A stretch of DNA of 64,000 nucleotides, from the NCBI RefSeq assembly GCF_009914755.1, contig NC_060941.1. The stretch is one strand, 5' to 3'. Positions 29,881 to 47,513 of the stretch are shown piece after piece. The notes below the pieces were generated by a model. That model did not search any database. It worked only from the letters and a program-made list of their open reading frames with translations, and was not told the DNA's origin. The position numbers were made by a program, and so were the translations under genes. Numbering within the stretch: the first letter of the stretch is position 1; each line of letters starts with the position of its first letter. The stretch comes from the human T2T-CHM13v2.0 reference genome, Homo sapiens.

Positions 29881-30019
29881 CCGCCAGAATGTCAGCCTCA
29901 TCTATAAACTGGGTGCTGAAGAGAATTACTCTGTCTGATTTCCCCTCTTTCAGGAGATTCCATATTCGGTGCCTTGAAAGAGGATCCAATCCAGCAGTCG
30001 GTTCATCCAATAGCAAAAC
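29881..30019 (-). CDS. ABCA9: ABCA9 exon 15 (Walker B, D-loop, H-loop)
   Basis: [20 protein letters not shown]...[16 protein letters not shown]; 139 nt. Confidence 0.96.
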
Positions 30020-30234
30020 CTGGACAGGAGGAAAGTCCTAAAGTAATTCCACCCTTTCGGATAAGATCCTTTTAAAAAGCACTGTACTTTTAAAAGTATT
30101 TGGGAGAAACTTGTTAGTACTTAATATTTCATCCTAAAAGTTCTCTTACATTTATCATTTGAAAATTGTTTGACCTAATAAAATAATTTTATAGTCTTCA
30201 ATCTGATTTCACCAGTAATTTTTGTTTGACTTAC

Positions 30235-30354
30235 TTGAGGATCTCCTAAAATGGCAATCCCAAAAGTTAGTTTCCTATTTTGTCCACCACTTAAGTTTTG
30301 AGCAAGGATGTCTTGAATATTTTCCATTTCTAATTCCTGTACAACTCGTTGTAC
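30235..30354 (-). CDS. ABCA9: ABCA9 exon 14 (ABC signature)
   Basis: [40 protein letters not shown]; 120 nt. Confidence 0.96.
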
Positions 30355-30544
30355 CTAATCAAATAAAGAATATTTAGTCCAAAACCCAGAAAGTTTATTT
30401 TAAAAACACTATCATTTTTCTGTTCTTTACAAAGGGCCTTTTTGCCTGAAATTTAGATGAGGAATTATGTATAACTTAGCACAATATTTTCTAGATAAAC
30501 CGTCTCTTTTTTATGGCTGTGTGACATCTAATATGCTCACATAC

Positions 30545-30720
30545 CTCTTTCTCCACTTCATGTGGCAAAATCCCTTTTATTTTAGCAAACAGCCTGAGGT
30601 TTTCTTTCACAGTGAGAAATCCAAATTGCACATTGGATTGTGGACAAAATCCAGTGAACTTGCTGATATTTTCTATATCAGCCATTCTTGAAAGTGTGTG
30701 ATTATAGACAGTGACTGAAC
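30545..30720 (-). CDS. ABCA9: ABCA9 exon 13 (Q-loop)
   Basis: [10 protein letters not shown]...[11 protein letters not shown]...PHEVEKE; 176 nt. Confidence 0.96.
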
Positions 30721-31037
30721 CTGAAAGCAGAAGGCAGAGAGTGACCATCAGGAAAATGTGTCATGCTTCATTGAAGATCTTTTAAAATGGAAAACACTGT
30801 ATGTCAATTATTAGATTCATTTCAACATTGTTTACTTGTAAGGAATATGCAATGAACTGATTAAAAATGTAATGTTCACAATAACATCTGATCTAGCTGG
30901 AATGCTACTTAGTAACTTAATAACCATAAAACTATTTATGACATATTTAAAACACGAACAACATTTTTCTAAATAGGTATAATACAATTCAATAAAAGAA
31001 TAAGAAAAACTTCTAAAATTTTTCTCTTATATAATGA

Positions 31038-31369
<332 letters not shown>

Positions 31370-31439
31370 CCAGTTAAATAATTAAATGCATATTAATGTG
31401 TTTGTCCAGGTACTTGTCCTTGGATAACTGTCTTCTTAC

Positions 31440-31550
31440 CTGATGTTGGAACTGACAACCCACTAAGTATGTTTAACAGGGTAGTTTTTCCAGCTCCACT
31501 GTGACCAAGGAGGGCAGTGATCTGGCCTTCATATATGTCAAACACCACAC
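31440..31550 (-). CDS. ABCA9: ABCA9 exon 12 (NBD1 Walker A)
   Basis: [37 protein letters not shown]; 111 nt. Confidence 0.96.
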
Positions 31551-32073
31551 CTGGCATGATTTAAAAAAAAATTACACTCAGAGCCTACATATTAACTTTA
31601 CAGTCTCTGAAACTGTTGTAATTTTTTGCAGCATGAATAGATTGAGCTAGCAATATTCAAAATAAAATTCATCTTAAAATTCTTTCTTTTAAAACTGTAT
31701 TTCAACATTTTGTAGTGATAGTATTGTCAATATGTTATTATGCAATTAATTTTTTTGATAAAAGCAGTTTTGTCAATAAATAGAGGCTAACAATAATACA
31801 ATTTTAGAGCTGGAGAATAAGATGAGCTGAAACAAAGAATTTCATAATACTATCATATATCTTTCAAACCCACACGATTTTTAATGATACATTTTAATGA
31901 TACTTTTAAAAATTGTTTTATGGGTTTTTTTTTTACATTGAAGGAAACATAATGTGTTCAAATAAAGGAGAGACATATCTGGAATATCTGTGCTTAATCC
32001 CTACCAAGAAATTACAACAGTAAGGCAGCCACTAAATCAAGCAGCCCCATTAAATAAAATATTATTTTATTAC

Positions 32074-32132
32074 CTTTCAAAGCTTCTACTCTCTCACACT
32101 TCCCTGCATATTCTTTTTTAAGATTTTTGATT
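32074..32132 (-). CDS. ABCA9: ABCA9 exon 11
   Basis: IKNLKKEYAGKCERVEALK; 59 nt. Confidence 0.93.
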
Positions 32133-33061
32133 CTGAAAAAAAGAGGGAAATGTTTTCAGAGAATTGTAAAAATGTGCAGAGGATTGATAAGTCAAGTCTT
32201 TGAGGCTTAATCAAAGCCTCAAAGAAAATCTGGGATTCTTTTCTTGTAAAGCCTCAAAGAAAATCTGGGGATTATTTTCTTTCACACAGGCACTGGCAGA
32301 AGCACCCAGGGCAACTAATTAGAAGCAGAATCCCTGATCTTTCCAAAATGAACAGGCTAAAATATGGAGGGCACAGCTTAGCACACGGAAATATATTGTT
32401 AGAAGAATTGTGGCAAATGACTGGATATGAGGAAAGCTGAAGATAAAATCAGTGGTGAGGAGATACTATGGTGGAAAAAAGAAGAGAAAAAACACACCAT
32501 AATAGAAACAGTAGGGCTTTGGAATCTAATCATTAAATGATTCACAACTGGTGAAGTCCCAGTTGTGCTACACACCAGCTCTGTTACAAATGCTGTGTAC
32601 TCAAGACTCATTGAGTTCAGTTATTCAGCAGTGATATGGGGATGACATTAATTATCACACAGAGTTGGAATGTAGAGTAAATAAGATAATATACGCAGAA
32701 CACAAAATACTTGGAACCTAGTAAACTTCCAAAGAAGATGAGAGAGGAGGAAAAAGACCAGGAAAATGATTTAAAACAAAGAAAGATTCTTAAAAGAGGG
32801 CAAAGAAAAATATTTTATCAGGAAAAATAACTAATGGGTACTAGACTTAATACCTAGGTGATAAAATAATCTGTAGAACAAACCCCCATGACACAACTTT
32901 ACCTATGTAATGAACCTCCACATGTACCCCTGAACTTAAAATAGAAGTTAAAAAGAAGAAAAAAGATTTTAAGTGAGTTCAAGGACTACTTACTATAAGC
33001 CAGATCCAAAGCATTTTGTCTACATTTTTACTTACATTATCACAACAAACCAGCAGGTAGG

Positions 33062-33437
33062 TTGTATTCGCCTGCTTGGGCTGCTATAACAAAATACCAT
33101 AGACTAGGTGGCTTAAAGAACAGACATTTATTTCTTATAGTTCTGAAGGATGGGAATTCCAAGATCAAGGTGTCAATAGATTTGGCTTCTGATGAGGGCT
33201 CTCTTCCTGGCTTGCAAAGAGCTGCCTTCTTGCTGTGTCATCACATGGCAGAGAGAGGGAAAAAGTGCAAGCTCTCTTGTGCCTCTTCTTATAAATACAC
33301 TAGTTCCAGCAGGAAGGCCCCACCCTCATGATCTCATCTAACCCTAATTACTTCCTAAGACTTTATCTTCAAATACCATCATTTTAAGGGTTAGGGTTTC
33401 AACATATAAATTTTGAGGGGATATAATTCAATTTATC
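33062..33437. mobile_element. MLT1A-like MaLR LTR
   Basis: gggctgctataacaaaataccatagact...atctaaccctaattac. Confidence 0.7.
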
Positions 33438-35012
33438 GAAGAGGTACAATCCAGTTAAATACAGAAGTAACTGAAGAGACTGGGCATTCAGATGCAATGA
33501 CTTTCAAGTTGAGCACGTATGGATTCAAATACTGTTTCTCTTTTTAAACTTCGTAGCCTTGGGCAAGTTGGTTTTTCCTAGTCTCTTTTTCCCTATCTTT
33601 TCTTTTTAAAACAATAATAGGTATCAGCTTGCTTTATTCCTTCATTTCATCTAAGCAATAGAAATGATAAATTTTTTCCATATGTTTTGATAGCATTTAA
33701 CTTTCATGTTTAGATTGTAGATTATTAGATTAGAATCTATACTGTGGTTGGTATAATAATACCTTTTAATTGACATTTCACTTTTCTGCCTTCTATACTG
33801 AGAGGTGATTATGAGTCCAGCTGGCTTCACCTCTGGGATAGAATGGTGCAGTCTTCAGAACTCTGTGCACTGGTCTGTTGGGTGCCGCACCAGCCACAGT
33901 AATGACGCAGGACTGGCAGTCTTGAGTAGCCATGCCACAGATAAAATCTCCTACACTTTCCTAACAGTCAGCTATGTGAGACCCTGCTTCCAATCTCCAC
34001 CCGTTGCTAGGGATAATTTTTCTAGACCATAAGACTAGTCTTATTACCCACAATTTGCAAATCTTCAATACCCTCCTCCTTGCCCAATGGATAAATTAAA
34101 ACCCCTTATTTCATCATTCAAGGCTTCCTATGATCTCTCTGATAGGACCTAATTCTGTTATAGGCACTGGAAAGAACATAAAACTTAGAGTTCCAGCTTA
34201 GAAAGATGTCATGATTCTTGAAAAGATTGCTATGTTTACATGCTCATAAGGAATGAGCAAATGCTGCTCTTTGTTGTATGTTCATATTGGACCTATGTTC
34301 AGAGACTGTATCATAAATGTCCTGAGTTAAAATATTACTGAAAGAGATATATCAGAAAGGTATTACTGAGGAGTGAGATGAATACAACATTGAATGATGA
34401 ACAAAATTTGAGCAAAGATCTGGGGTATTAGAGATTTCTAGCTGTTTGGAAATCAAAGCAACCAGAATTGAATAAAGCATGTCCATCATCTAAGAGGGAA
34501 GATAGGCATGAAACTAACAGTCCTGACTTCTGATGTTTCCTTCCCATCTCTCTGGAGTGTCCTCTTCCCATGCCTGCATCGCTTGCCTCTTTCTCCTCAT
34601 CTAATTATAAGCCAGGAAGGGAAGATGAGAGGGGCAAATTGAATTAATAAAAAAGGGGGTTGAGAATAATAGCAAGGGAGACGATGGCAGTGTTTGTCAC
34701 AAAGAGAACAACTCAGGGGAGAAAAACACAAAGAGGAGAAATAAGAAAGATAATGTGGAAAATGGAAATTCAAAAATTATTTACTTGTGGACGGTTGTTA
34801 CTATACCATGAAATATTAGTAAATGTAAGTGCTGAGAATGTGAGAAAATAGAGTGCTATGAAGGATGAGTATAGCCTTTGATGAGTGCAGCAGGCTGGCT
34901 GTAGGTGGGTACAGAGGGCACAGAAGGCGATCTTTGCTCCTAGTGTGTCACCTGACAGATCCCCAGTCTCTGCCTGTTCTCCATTGGTGCCTCCAAGTAA
35001 TTTATTGGTTAC

Positions 35013-35181
35013 CTGATGGCTTCCTTCCCACAGAATTCTGGAGACACTGGTTCAAAACAGTCATTAGGTGTAGGATCAGAATCTGTTTCATTCTCAAGGA
35101 CCACATGATTAGCCCTTCCGTGTTGAAACCAAAAACAGGATTTCAGGAAAAACAAGGGAGAACATCGATGTCCATATTCAG
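35013..35181 (-). CDS. ABCA9: ABCA9 exon 10
   Basis: [18 protein letters not shown]...[14 protein letters not shown]; 169 nt. Confidence 0.95.
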
Positions 35182-35504
35182 CTATGTGAGCAGGAGGCAA
35201 TTGAATACTGGGTCAGTCATCGCTTCAAGGATTCCATCAGCATATCAGTGCAGCCCCTTTGACATTAAACCTGAACCCACATTATCATATTAAGGTCTGT
35301 ATTAATTACTGTTTTAATGTGCTTTTGACACACACAGAACAGTGAGGAGAAAATAACAGAGATGGCTAATATGACGTTTTTAACATGAGAAGCATGTAGC
35401 ATTGTTAACTAACTAAAAAGCTCCTCAAAATGCAGAGAGATGTCTCAGGAGGAATTTAAATCTAATTAAGAACAATTTTCTATCTAGCTGTACTTATGTG
35501 TCCT

Positions 35505-35620
35505 TTTTATTTTTTATTTTTTAAGATGGAGTCTCACTCTGTCACCCAGGCTGCAGTCCAGTAGCATGATCCCGGCTCACTACAACCTCTGCTTCCCGGG
35601 TTCAAGCAATTCTCCTGCTT
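35505..35620 (-). mobile_element. Truncated Alu (3' part)
   Basis: agatggagtctcactctgtcacccaggctg...ttctcctgc. Confidence 0.8.
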
Positions 35621-35930
35621 GTGATTTCCTCCATTTGGATTAGATAAGGTCAATACACCAAGAATAATAGTAAATGTCATAACACTAATGATACATTCCA
35701 AAATTTCTTACTTGGGAAGTTTTAAAATAATCAGCGAGTCATTATTCTGTATCAGTACTCCCAGAAACGTGATGAATAAACTATTCAGAAGGTCTCTTCC
35801 TTCCCTTCATTTCCCAATTTCCCTTTCTGCCTCTTCCTTAGCACTTACCTAGTATATACGAGGAATTGACAGACAGACCCCAGAGATGCACAGATGAAGA
35901 TTTTGTTTCTCTATAGGAAAGATTGTACAT

Positions 35931-36243
35931 AAGGGCGGCATGGTAGCTCATGCCTGTAATTCCAGCAGTTTGGGAGGCCAAAGGGGCAGATCACCTGAGG
36001 TCAGGAGTTCAAGACAGCCTGGTCAACATGGTGAAACCTCGTCTCCACTGAAAACACAAAAATTAGCCAGGCATGGTGGGGCATGTCTGTAGTCCCAGCT
36101 ACTCAGCAGGCTGAGGCACGAGAATCACTTGAACCCGGGAGGCAGAGGTTGCAGTGAGCAGAGATCGCGCCACTGCACTCCAGCATGGGTGACAGAGCGA
36201 GACTTCTCAAAAAAAAAAAAAAAAAAAAAAAGCAAAGAAAGAA
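35931..36243 (+). mobile_element. AluS
   Basis: Dimer with long A-tail; TSD aggaaagattgtacat at 35915-35930 and 36244-36259. Confidence 0.92.
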
Positions 36244-36634
36244 AGGAAAGATTGTACATCGACTATGCAATTATAATATTTTTACTAATAACCCACTATT
36301 GTATATCAAGTGAGTTAAATGGGAAAGCACTTAGAGATTTCTAAGATCAAGTATCAAGCACCAGCATTCTTCATCTAGTTCTGACATAAACACTAATAGT
36401 ATCATCATCCATAATCTCTCACAAGTGTCTCTTTTTAAAAAGAAACACTCTGGAGTGTTATAGCAGAGCCAAGTCTTAGAAAGTGATTCTATAAACAAAC
36501 TATAGAATATCATTAGGCTTGTTGTAGAAATTTTGAAAAACTGCTTGCTAATTTTTATTTAGTACATTGTAGAGTTGTTTTAAAGACATGCAATTATTGA
36601 AATTGTGTTAAATTACAGCCATGTTAGTACTTAC

Positions 36635-36782
36635 CGGGCAAAATTTTGTCAAAATATAATGTCAATACCAAATACAGAAGGGTGTCAAAAACCAACATGA
36701 AAAGAGTAGCTATTATGAGGTATGGATTTTGTGAAGAATCCAAGTGGGCATTAGAATTCACATCATAGTCCAAATGTATAAG
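36635..36782 (-). CDS. ABCA9: ABCA9 exon 9
   Basis: [21 protein letters not shown]...[10 protein letters not shown]; 148 nt. Confidence 0.95.
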
Positions 36783-37123
36783 CTGAAAAAGAAAGATACA
36801 GTGAATTTTAAAAGAATTAATATGGCATTAAGAATTATTATTGTTTTATTTCTGCTACAACTGGGTTTGCAAAGATAAATAAGATATAATCTTGTCTCTA
36901 CAGAGCTCTGTCTACTATTATAGAAGACAATTTTAATAGCAATGAAGTGATGTCAATTTGGGAAATGAATGGAAGTTAGTACTAGTACTGAGTACTAAGA
37001 AACCCACAGGCAGCCCCAGGTACATTTTCTAGGAGGAAGTACAAACTCAAGAAAGGTGATATTTGAGCTGGACCTAATATAGTTTACAAAACTCTGTATG
37101 TCAGTACAAGAAGTGTTTTTAAA

Positions 37124-37426
37124 TTTTTTGTTTATTTGTTTGTTTTTTGAGACAGGGTCTCACTCTGTTACCCAGGCTGGAGTACAGTGGTGCTATTTCA
37201 ACTCACAGCAGGCTCAGCCTCCTGGACCTAGGTGATTCTCCCACATCAGCCTCCAGAGTAGCTAGGACTACAGATGCACTCCACCATGACTGGCTAATTT
37301 TTTTTTATTTGTGGAGATGGGGTTTCACCATGTTGCCCAGGGTGGTCTTGAACTTCTGCCACAGGAGATCCACCCATCTTAGCCTCCCAAAGTGCTATGA
37401 TTTACAGGTGTGAGTCACAGCATCAG
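37124..37426 (-). mobile_element. AluJ-like
   Basis: Diverged dimeric Alu in reverse orientation. Confidence 0.85.
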
Positions 37427-38154
37427 TCTTTAAAAATTCTTTTTGATGGCTGCACATTTTCCATTGTATGGATGGACTGTAATTTATTTAACCAGTAATC
37501 TACCAATGGACATTTACGTTGTTTTCAATCTTATTACAGACTGTGCTGCAATAGGACTTTTTTGGGCTTAGAATGAGAAAAAAGGAGGGCATTCTCAACA
37601 AGGAAGTCCATTTCAGAGTGAAAACATGAAACAGTAAAATACTTCAGTAGTTGGGCAGAAGACAGAAGAATAATGTCTTAACTGGACTGCGGTAGGATAC
37701 AATGAGTTTATATCTAGCAGAACCTTTCATTTAGCATATTATAGTTATGATATCATAACTAAAATTAACTTTTCTGAGACAAGGTTCAGTTTCATGTAGA
37801 AATGAGCAATTAAAAAATAAAGATATATTTATTCCAAATTCCTGGTTTTTAAATGCTTGTGATAACATTAAGGGTCATGTTTCCTGAGCACTGAATGAGA
37901 CAAATGTTCTCTGGGACAACCAATTAGAAGTAGAAGCTGAAACATCTCAATAATAAGGGTATGATCCTATATTTAGTGACTTATGGGGAAACTAATTACA
38001 CTGAGAGAGAAAAATTAAAGTCACTCCTGTCTCATACATGTTTATTTTTACAAAAGTTATAGAATGGAATGCTTAGAGCATGTTGTGTGAATTATTAAGA
38101 GGGAATCTGTGTAGAACGGTTTGTAAAAAGTGAAAGCGTTACCTTAACTCTTAC

Positions 38155-38340
38155 CTGGGCCATCCCAACAGTGAAGGCAAAGGGGCTAAGAAGACACAAA
38201 GTCCATTCCAAAAATGCAGGAAGATGTGTATACAATGCTGGGAATCCCAGGATCCCCCAAAAGACAATAAGGAGAAACACAACCAAGCCCGTAAGGAAAG
38301 GTTTCTTTATCAACACACTCATCAGGAAAGCTAAAGTTAT
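38155..38340 (-). CDS. ABCA9: ABCA9 exon 8
   Basis: [18 protein letters not shown]...[13 protein letters not shown]; 186 nt. Confidence 0.95.
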
Positions 38341-38568
38341 CTGAGAAAAGAGAAAGACTTCAGCTGGTATATAATTCTGTGAGAACAGTAGCACAAAAAA
38401 GGAATTTTATATTATAAAAGTATATTTTATATTTTTCCACCCCTAGACACTGTTTCATGCAAATACTACAAAGAGAACAAAAGAGGTGAGACCAGAATTA
38501 GTGATAAATTATTGGCAGTAGAGAGAGAGAAAGAGAATAAAAGACTTAGATGAAATTAACCAACTCAC

Positions 38569-38710
38569 CAAAGACAGGCCATAGAGGAGAAAGAGGGTGA
38601 AGACCATCACAAAACCAGTCAGGACGACAATTTGTGCAGATTTTACAATAAGAGCCATTAAAGTGGCCATGATAAGGATGAAGCCAGCATACATCAAACC
38701 CCAGGAAAGC
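38569..38710 (-). CDS. ABCA9: ABCA9 exon 7
   Basis: [17 protein letters not shown]...FLLYGLSL; 142 nt. Confidence 0.95.
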
Positions 38711-39079
38711 CTAGCAGAGAAACAAAGCCGTCAGTTAGAATGTTGTTACTTCATCACTTCCTTGATTCATTTATTCAGCAAATGATTTGTGAAGCTCACC
38801 ATTTATCAAGGGTAAAGGAAAAGAAAATGCAATAGCTAACTTATCTCCTACCCTCAGGATCACATAATATAAAAGAAGGTAGGCAATAAACAAGTAGAGA
38901 GGAAAATTGATAACTAAATTGCAAAATAAGTAAAGCTGGATGATACAATGGATGTCACTGGGAGAGGTTTCCAGAGAGAGCTTTTCTGGGAAGACATCTA
39001 TGCTGATTTCTCAGCTCTGGACAAGTTTTTCAGTAAGGTTATTGTATAAATAATATGGACAAAAAAGTAGATAATGGAG

Positions 39080-43690
<4,611 letters not shown>

Positions 43691-44316
43691 TCCCCAATAT
43701 AGATAATTAGATATAGATACACATTTATACATACCCACAGGACACAGATAGATACAGACATATAGACGAATATGAAGATATCTTTTCCCTTACTATCAAT
43801 GCCAAATAAACAGGAAGAAAGTTCTTTAAAGGAGAAAGAGAAAAAGCTTTCTAATCACAGATCTGAGTTAGTTCCAGTTTCTCCTGCTACATTGTAACTA
43901 TATAATCCTGAGAGGTAGTTATTTAATCTCTTCAAACTTCAGTTTTTTCTGGTGGAAAACAGGAAAATTAAATGAAATTATTTATTTTATGGGTTTAATA
44001 TGGCAACTGGCTTATAGTGTGTCCACAATGAACAGTTAGTTTTTATTTAAAGTAGAAAATGCCATCATGTTTTGGGATGGCTTATTTTTAATGGCTAATT
44101 GTAATAACTCCCTTTGCACAGTACACTTTCATTCATCTGAAATTGTTCATCTATATTCTATAAACTCTCCTTAGTTCCACTTAAATGCTGTACAAGTAAA
44201 ATGCCTTAGGCTTTTCTTATGAGAGGAAAAAAAATGCCCTGATTTTTAATCCTTTCTCACTGGATTATTATTTTTAAAATCATCTTGGTTATTTTTCTAT
44301 AATTCTTTGTATATCA

Positions 44317-44678
<362 letters not shown>

Positions 44679-45748
44679 GACCAAATTTTTTTAGTACTGA
44701 GTTAACTCAATTTTGATACAGAAAAGGACATCAGAGAAAAACTTTCATCATAAACCAAAGAAGTAATTCATCTTCTCCACTTCTCCACCCGGTGTATTGA
44801 ACACTTGTGTAGAAAATCACATAAACTTTATTTTTTTCTACTCAGTAATGTCTAATATTCTTTGAAAGCCTATGTAGCATACGCCCAGAACCCTTATATG
44901 CATTCTACATATCTTATTTAACAGGGAGATAATATCACAGTGTGTAAAGGGCAAATTCAAGATTCAAGCCATTTCTTTCTGACTCCAGAACTCAGGCTTT
45001 TACTGCATCTGTCTCTAATGCATCACTTGGCTAAACTCTTGAAACTATCTTGCCATTAATTGACAATTCAACCCTTGTTTCCTAACTTGCCTCCTGTCAT
45101 CTCTGGCCATAAAGCTCCCCATATCTCCATCAACTGACACTTAATATTGAGTGTTTATTCTTAACCACCATGTAAAACATTTTAGATACATTTCTTTCTT
45201 TTAATTCTCAGGACCAATGAGAGGTGCATATTATTATCTACGTTTTACAGAAGAGAAAACTGAAGTTTAAAGAGTTTAAGTAATTTTCCAAGATGGTAGC
45301 TACTGAATGCTGAGATGGAGACAACCCGTGGCTTCTTGCCTCCCAGGCTTACCACAGTGCTCTACGGCCTCAGCTAAAATATCTCAATGTTTAAAGAACA
45401 TAAAAGGTTTTCTTTTTGCTCAGTGTCATAAAAGTGATGACTCATCCAACACTGGGTCAAAAATCAATCACCATTCCTAACATAAGGTATCTGAAACATG
45501 TATTTTACTGAATATTGGAAACCTCACGTGTTTGTGTATTTGGGTTCACCCATATATGGTAACTAGTGACCAAGTAATCATCTGGCGCCCTGAGTATTGG
45601 CAAACATCTACAGGATAAGGCTGTCTTTAAGTCAAATAAATTTGGAAAGTTTCAAGTCACCAAGTCTGCATGGTCATCTGCTCAACTCATTTATAAACAT
45701 ACTACTTTATGAAAGTGGCAACATTTGTATTGCTTTAGAGATCTAAGG

Positions 45749-46329
45749 CAGCAGTCCCCAACCTTTTTGGCACCAGGGACCAGTTTCATGGAAGACAGTT
45801 TTTCCACAAACAGGAGTGGGGAGATGGTTTTGGGATGATGCATGTGGATTACATTTATTGTGCACTTTATTTCTATTATTATTACATTGTAATATATAAT
45901 GAAATAATTATACAACTTACCATAATGTAGAATCAGTAGGAACCCTGAGCTTGTTTTCCTGCAACTAGATCCCATCTGGGGGTGATGGGAGACAGTGACA
46001 GATCATCAGGCATTGGATACTCATAAAGAGCCCGCAACCTAGATCTCTTGAGTGACAGATCATCAGGCATTGGATACTCATAAGGAGCCCGCAACCTAGA
46101 TCTCTCACATACACAGTTCACAATAGAGTTTGAGCTTCTGTGATACTCTAATAACGTGGCTATTCTGACAGGAGGTGGAGCTCAGGTGGTAATGTGAGCA
46201 ATAGGGAGTGGCTGTAAATATACATGAAGCTTTGCTCACTTGCCTGCCACTCACCTCCTGCTATGTGGCCTGGTACCTAACTGGCCATGGACCAGTAGCA
46301 GTCTGTGGCCTGGGGCTTGGGGACCCCTG
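45749..46329. mobile_element. MER1A-like hAT/Charlie element
   Basis: TIRs cagcagtccccaac / ttggggacccctg; 8-bp TSD Rtctaagg at 45741-45748 and 46330-46337; internal 57-bp duplication. Confidence 0.8.
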
Positions 46330-46401
46330 GTCTAAGGAGTCAACCAGCTAAGTTGTTCTGTTTGTTTATGCTGTATAATGGATTGGAGTCATATGATTTA
46401 C

Positions 46402-46628
46402 CAGAATGCTGACTCTCGGAGTCCCATCATTGTCATCAATGACGTAATGTATTGTCTTTCTTGTGTAACATTGACTGATACATAGTATATAAATGTAGAA
46501 AAAGAAATAATGCAAAAGAAAATGAAAAAATCAGTTGCAACTCCTCCTTGGGCAACAAAAGGTAATATCTTCATATGTACACCAGTAACTGACATCAGCT
46601 GTTCCATCACTGAATGATTTGTTGCGAT
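46402..46628 (-). CDS. ABCA9: ABCA9 exon 6
   Basis: [12 protein letters not shown]...[10 protein letters not shown]; 227 nt. Confidence 0.95.
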
Positions 46629-46962
46629 CTGAAGAAAGATATCAATGAACAAATTGTTATCATCAATCTAATTCCAACCTTAGGCTTTTTCTCTAAATTA
46701 TAAGGAATCACGTACATTCTACATTTATGTATTTTATGTTTATATGCCCTTCATGATCTGGCCCCTTGTGGTTCCTGGAACACTTTAGGTTTTGTCGTGA
46801 CTCCTTAGAACATCATCAACCTCACTGGACAAAACGCTACTCCTGTTTTAAGACTAGCTGAAATGTCACTTCAATTAGCAAATTTTCCCTGATGTTTCTT
46901 ATCAGAGTATATCCTGCTTCATTGTTTGCCTAGTACACCATTTTAAATTCCATGATAGAATC

Positions 46963-47141
46963 AGGCATGGTGGCATGGTCTGTAATCCCAGCTACTTGGG
47001 AGGCTGAGGTAGGAGGATCACTTGAGCCCAGAAGTTTGGGGGCTGCAGTGAGCTATAATCATGTCTGTGAATAGCCACTGCATTCCAGCCTGGGCAACAG
47101 AGTAAAACTTTGTCTCTAAGAAAAACAAAGTTAAAAATAAA
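46963..47141 (+). mobile_element. Monomeric Alu (FAM/FRAM-like)
   Basis: Single arm with 7SL-like gtgaatagccactgc; 18-bp TSD aaattcYatgatagaatc at 46945-46962 and 47142-47159. Confidence 0.8.
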
Positions 47142-47409
47142 AAATTCTATGATAGAATCTAAACTCTTATTATGACTATATATCCATGTTTCTATCTCCC
47201 CCTATACCAGTATCCCTGGAGAAAAATGCCTGTGTTCTACTTATTTTCTGATCCCCAGTACTTAGTACAATGGTTTTATTATGGAAGTTGTTCTGTATAT
47301 TGTGCCTTATTAATGAAGTGAATAAATGATAGAATAGGATAATCCATTAAATCACCATCCAGCAAAATTCAAATGCAATGTGGTTAGATTCCTTTAACTT
47401 TATACTCAC

Positions 47410-47513
47410 TTCTATGATAGCAGCATTAATGGCAGCTTGAAAAGCTACAAAGCCTTTCTCCCAGAACTCTGAACCTTCACACTTCATTTTTTCATTCACT
47501 GCTTGACAGTGAG
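47410..47513 (-). CDS. ABCA9: ABCA9 exon 5
   Basis: [35 protein letters not shown]; 104 nt. Confidence 0.95.

Noticed and set aside
34865-35293. 142-aa plus-strand ORF
   Set aside because: Antisense shadow of exon 10, with no recognisable domain.
45933-46121. ORF with a repeated peptide (RSRLRAxYEYPMPDDLSL), or a CRISPR-like repeat
   Set aside because: Simple 57-bp tandem duplication in a DNA transposon fossil; no spacers, eukaryotic context.
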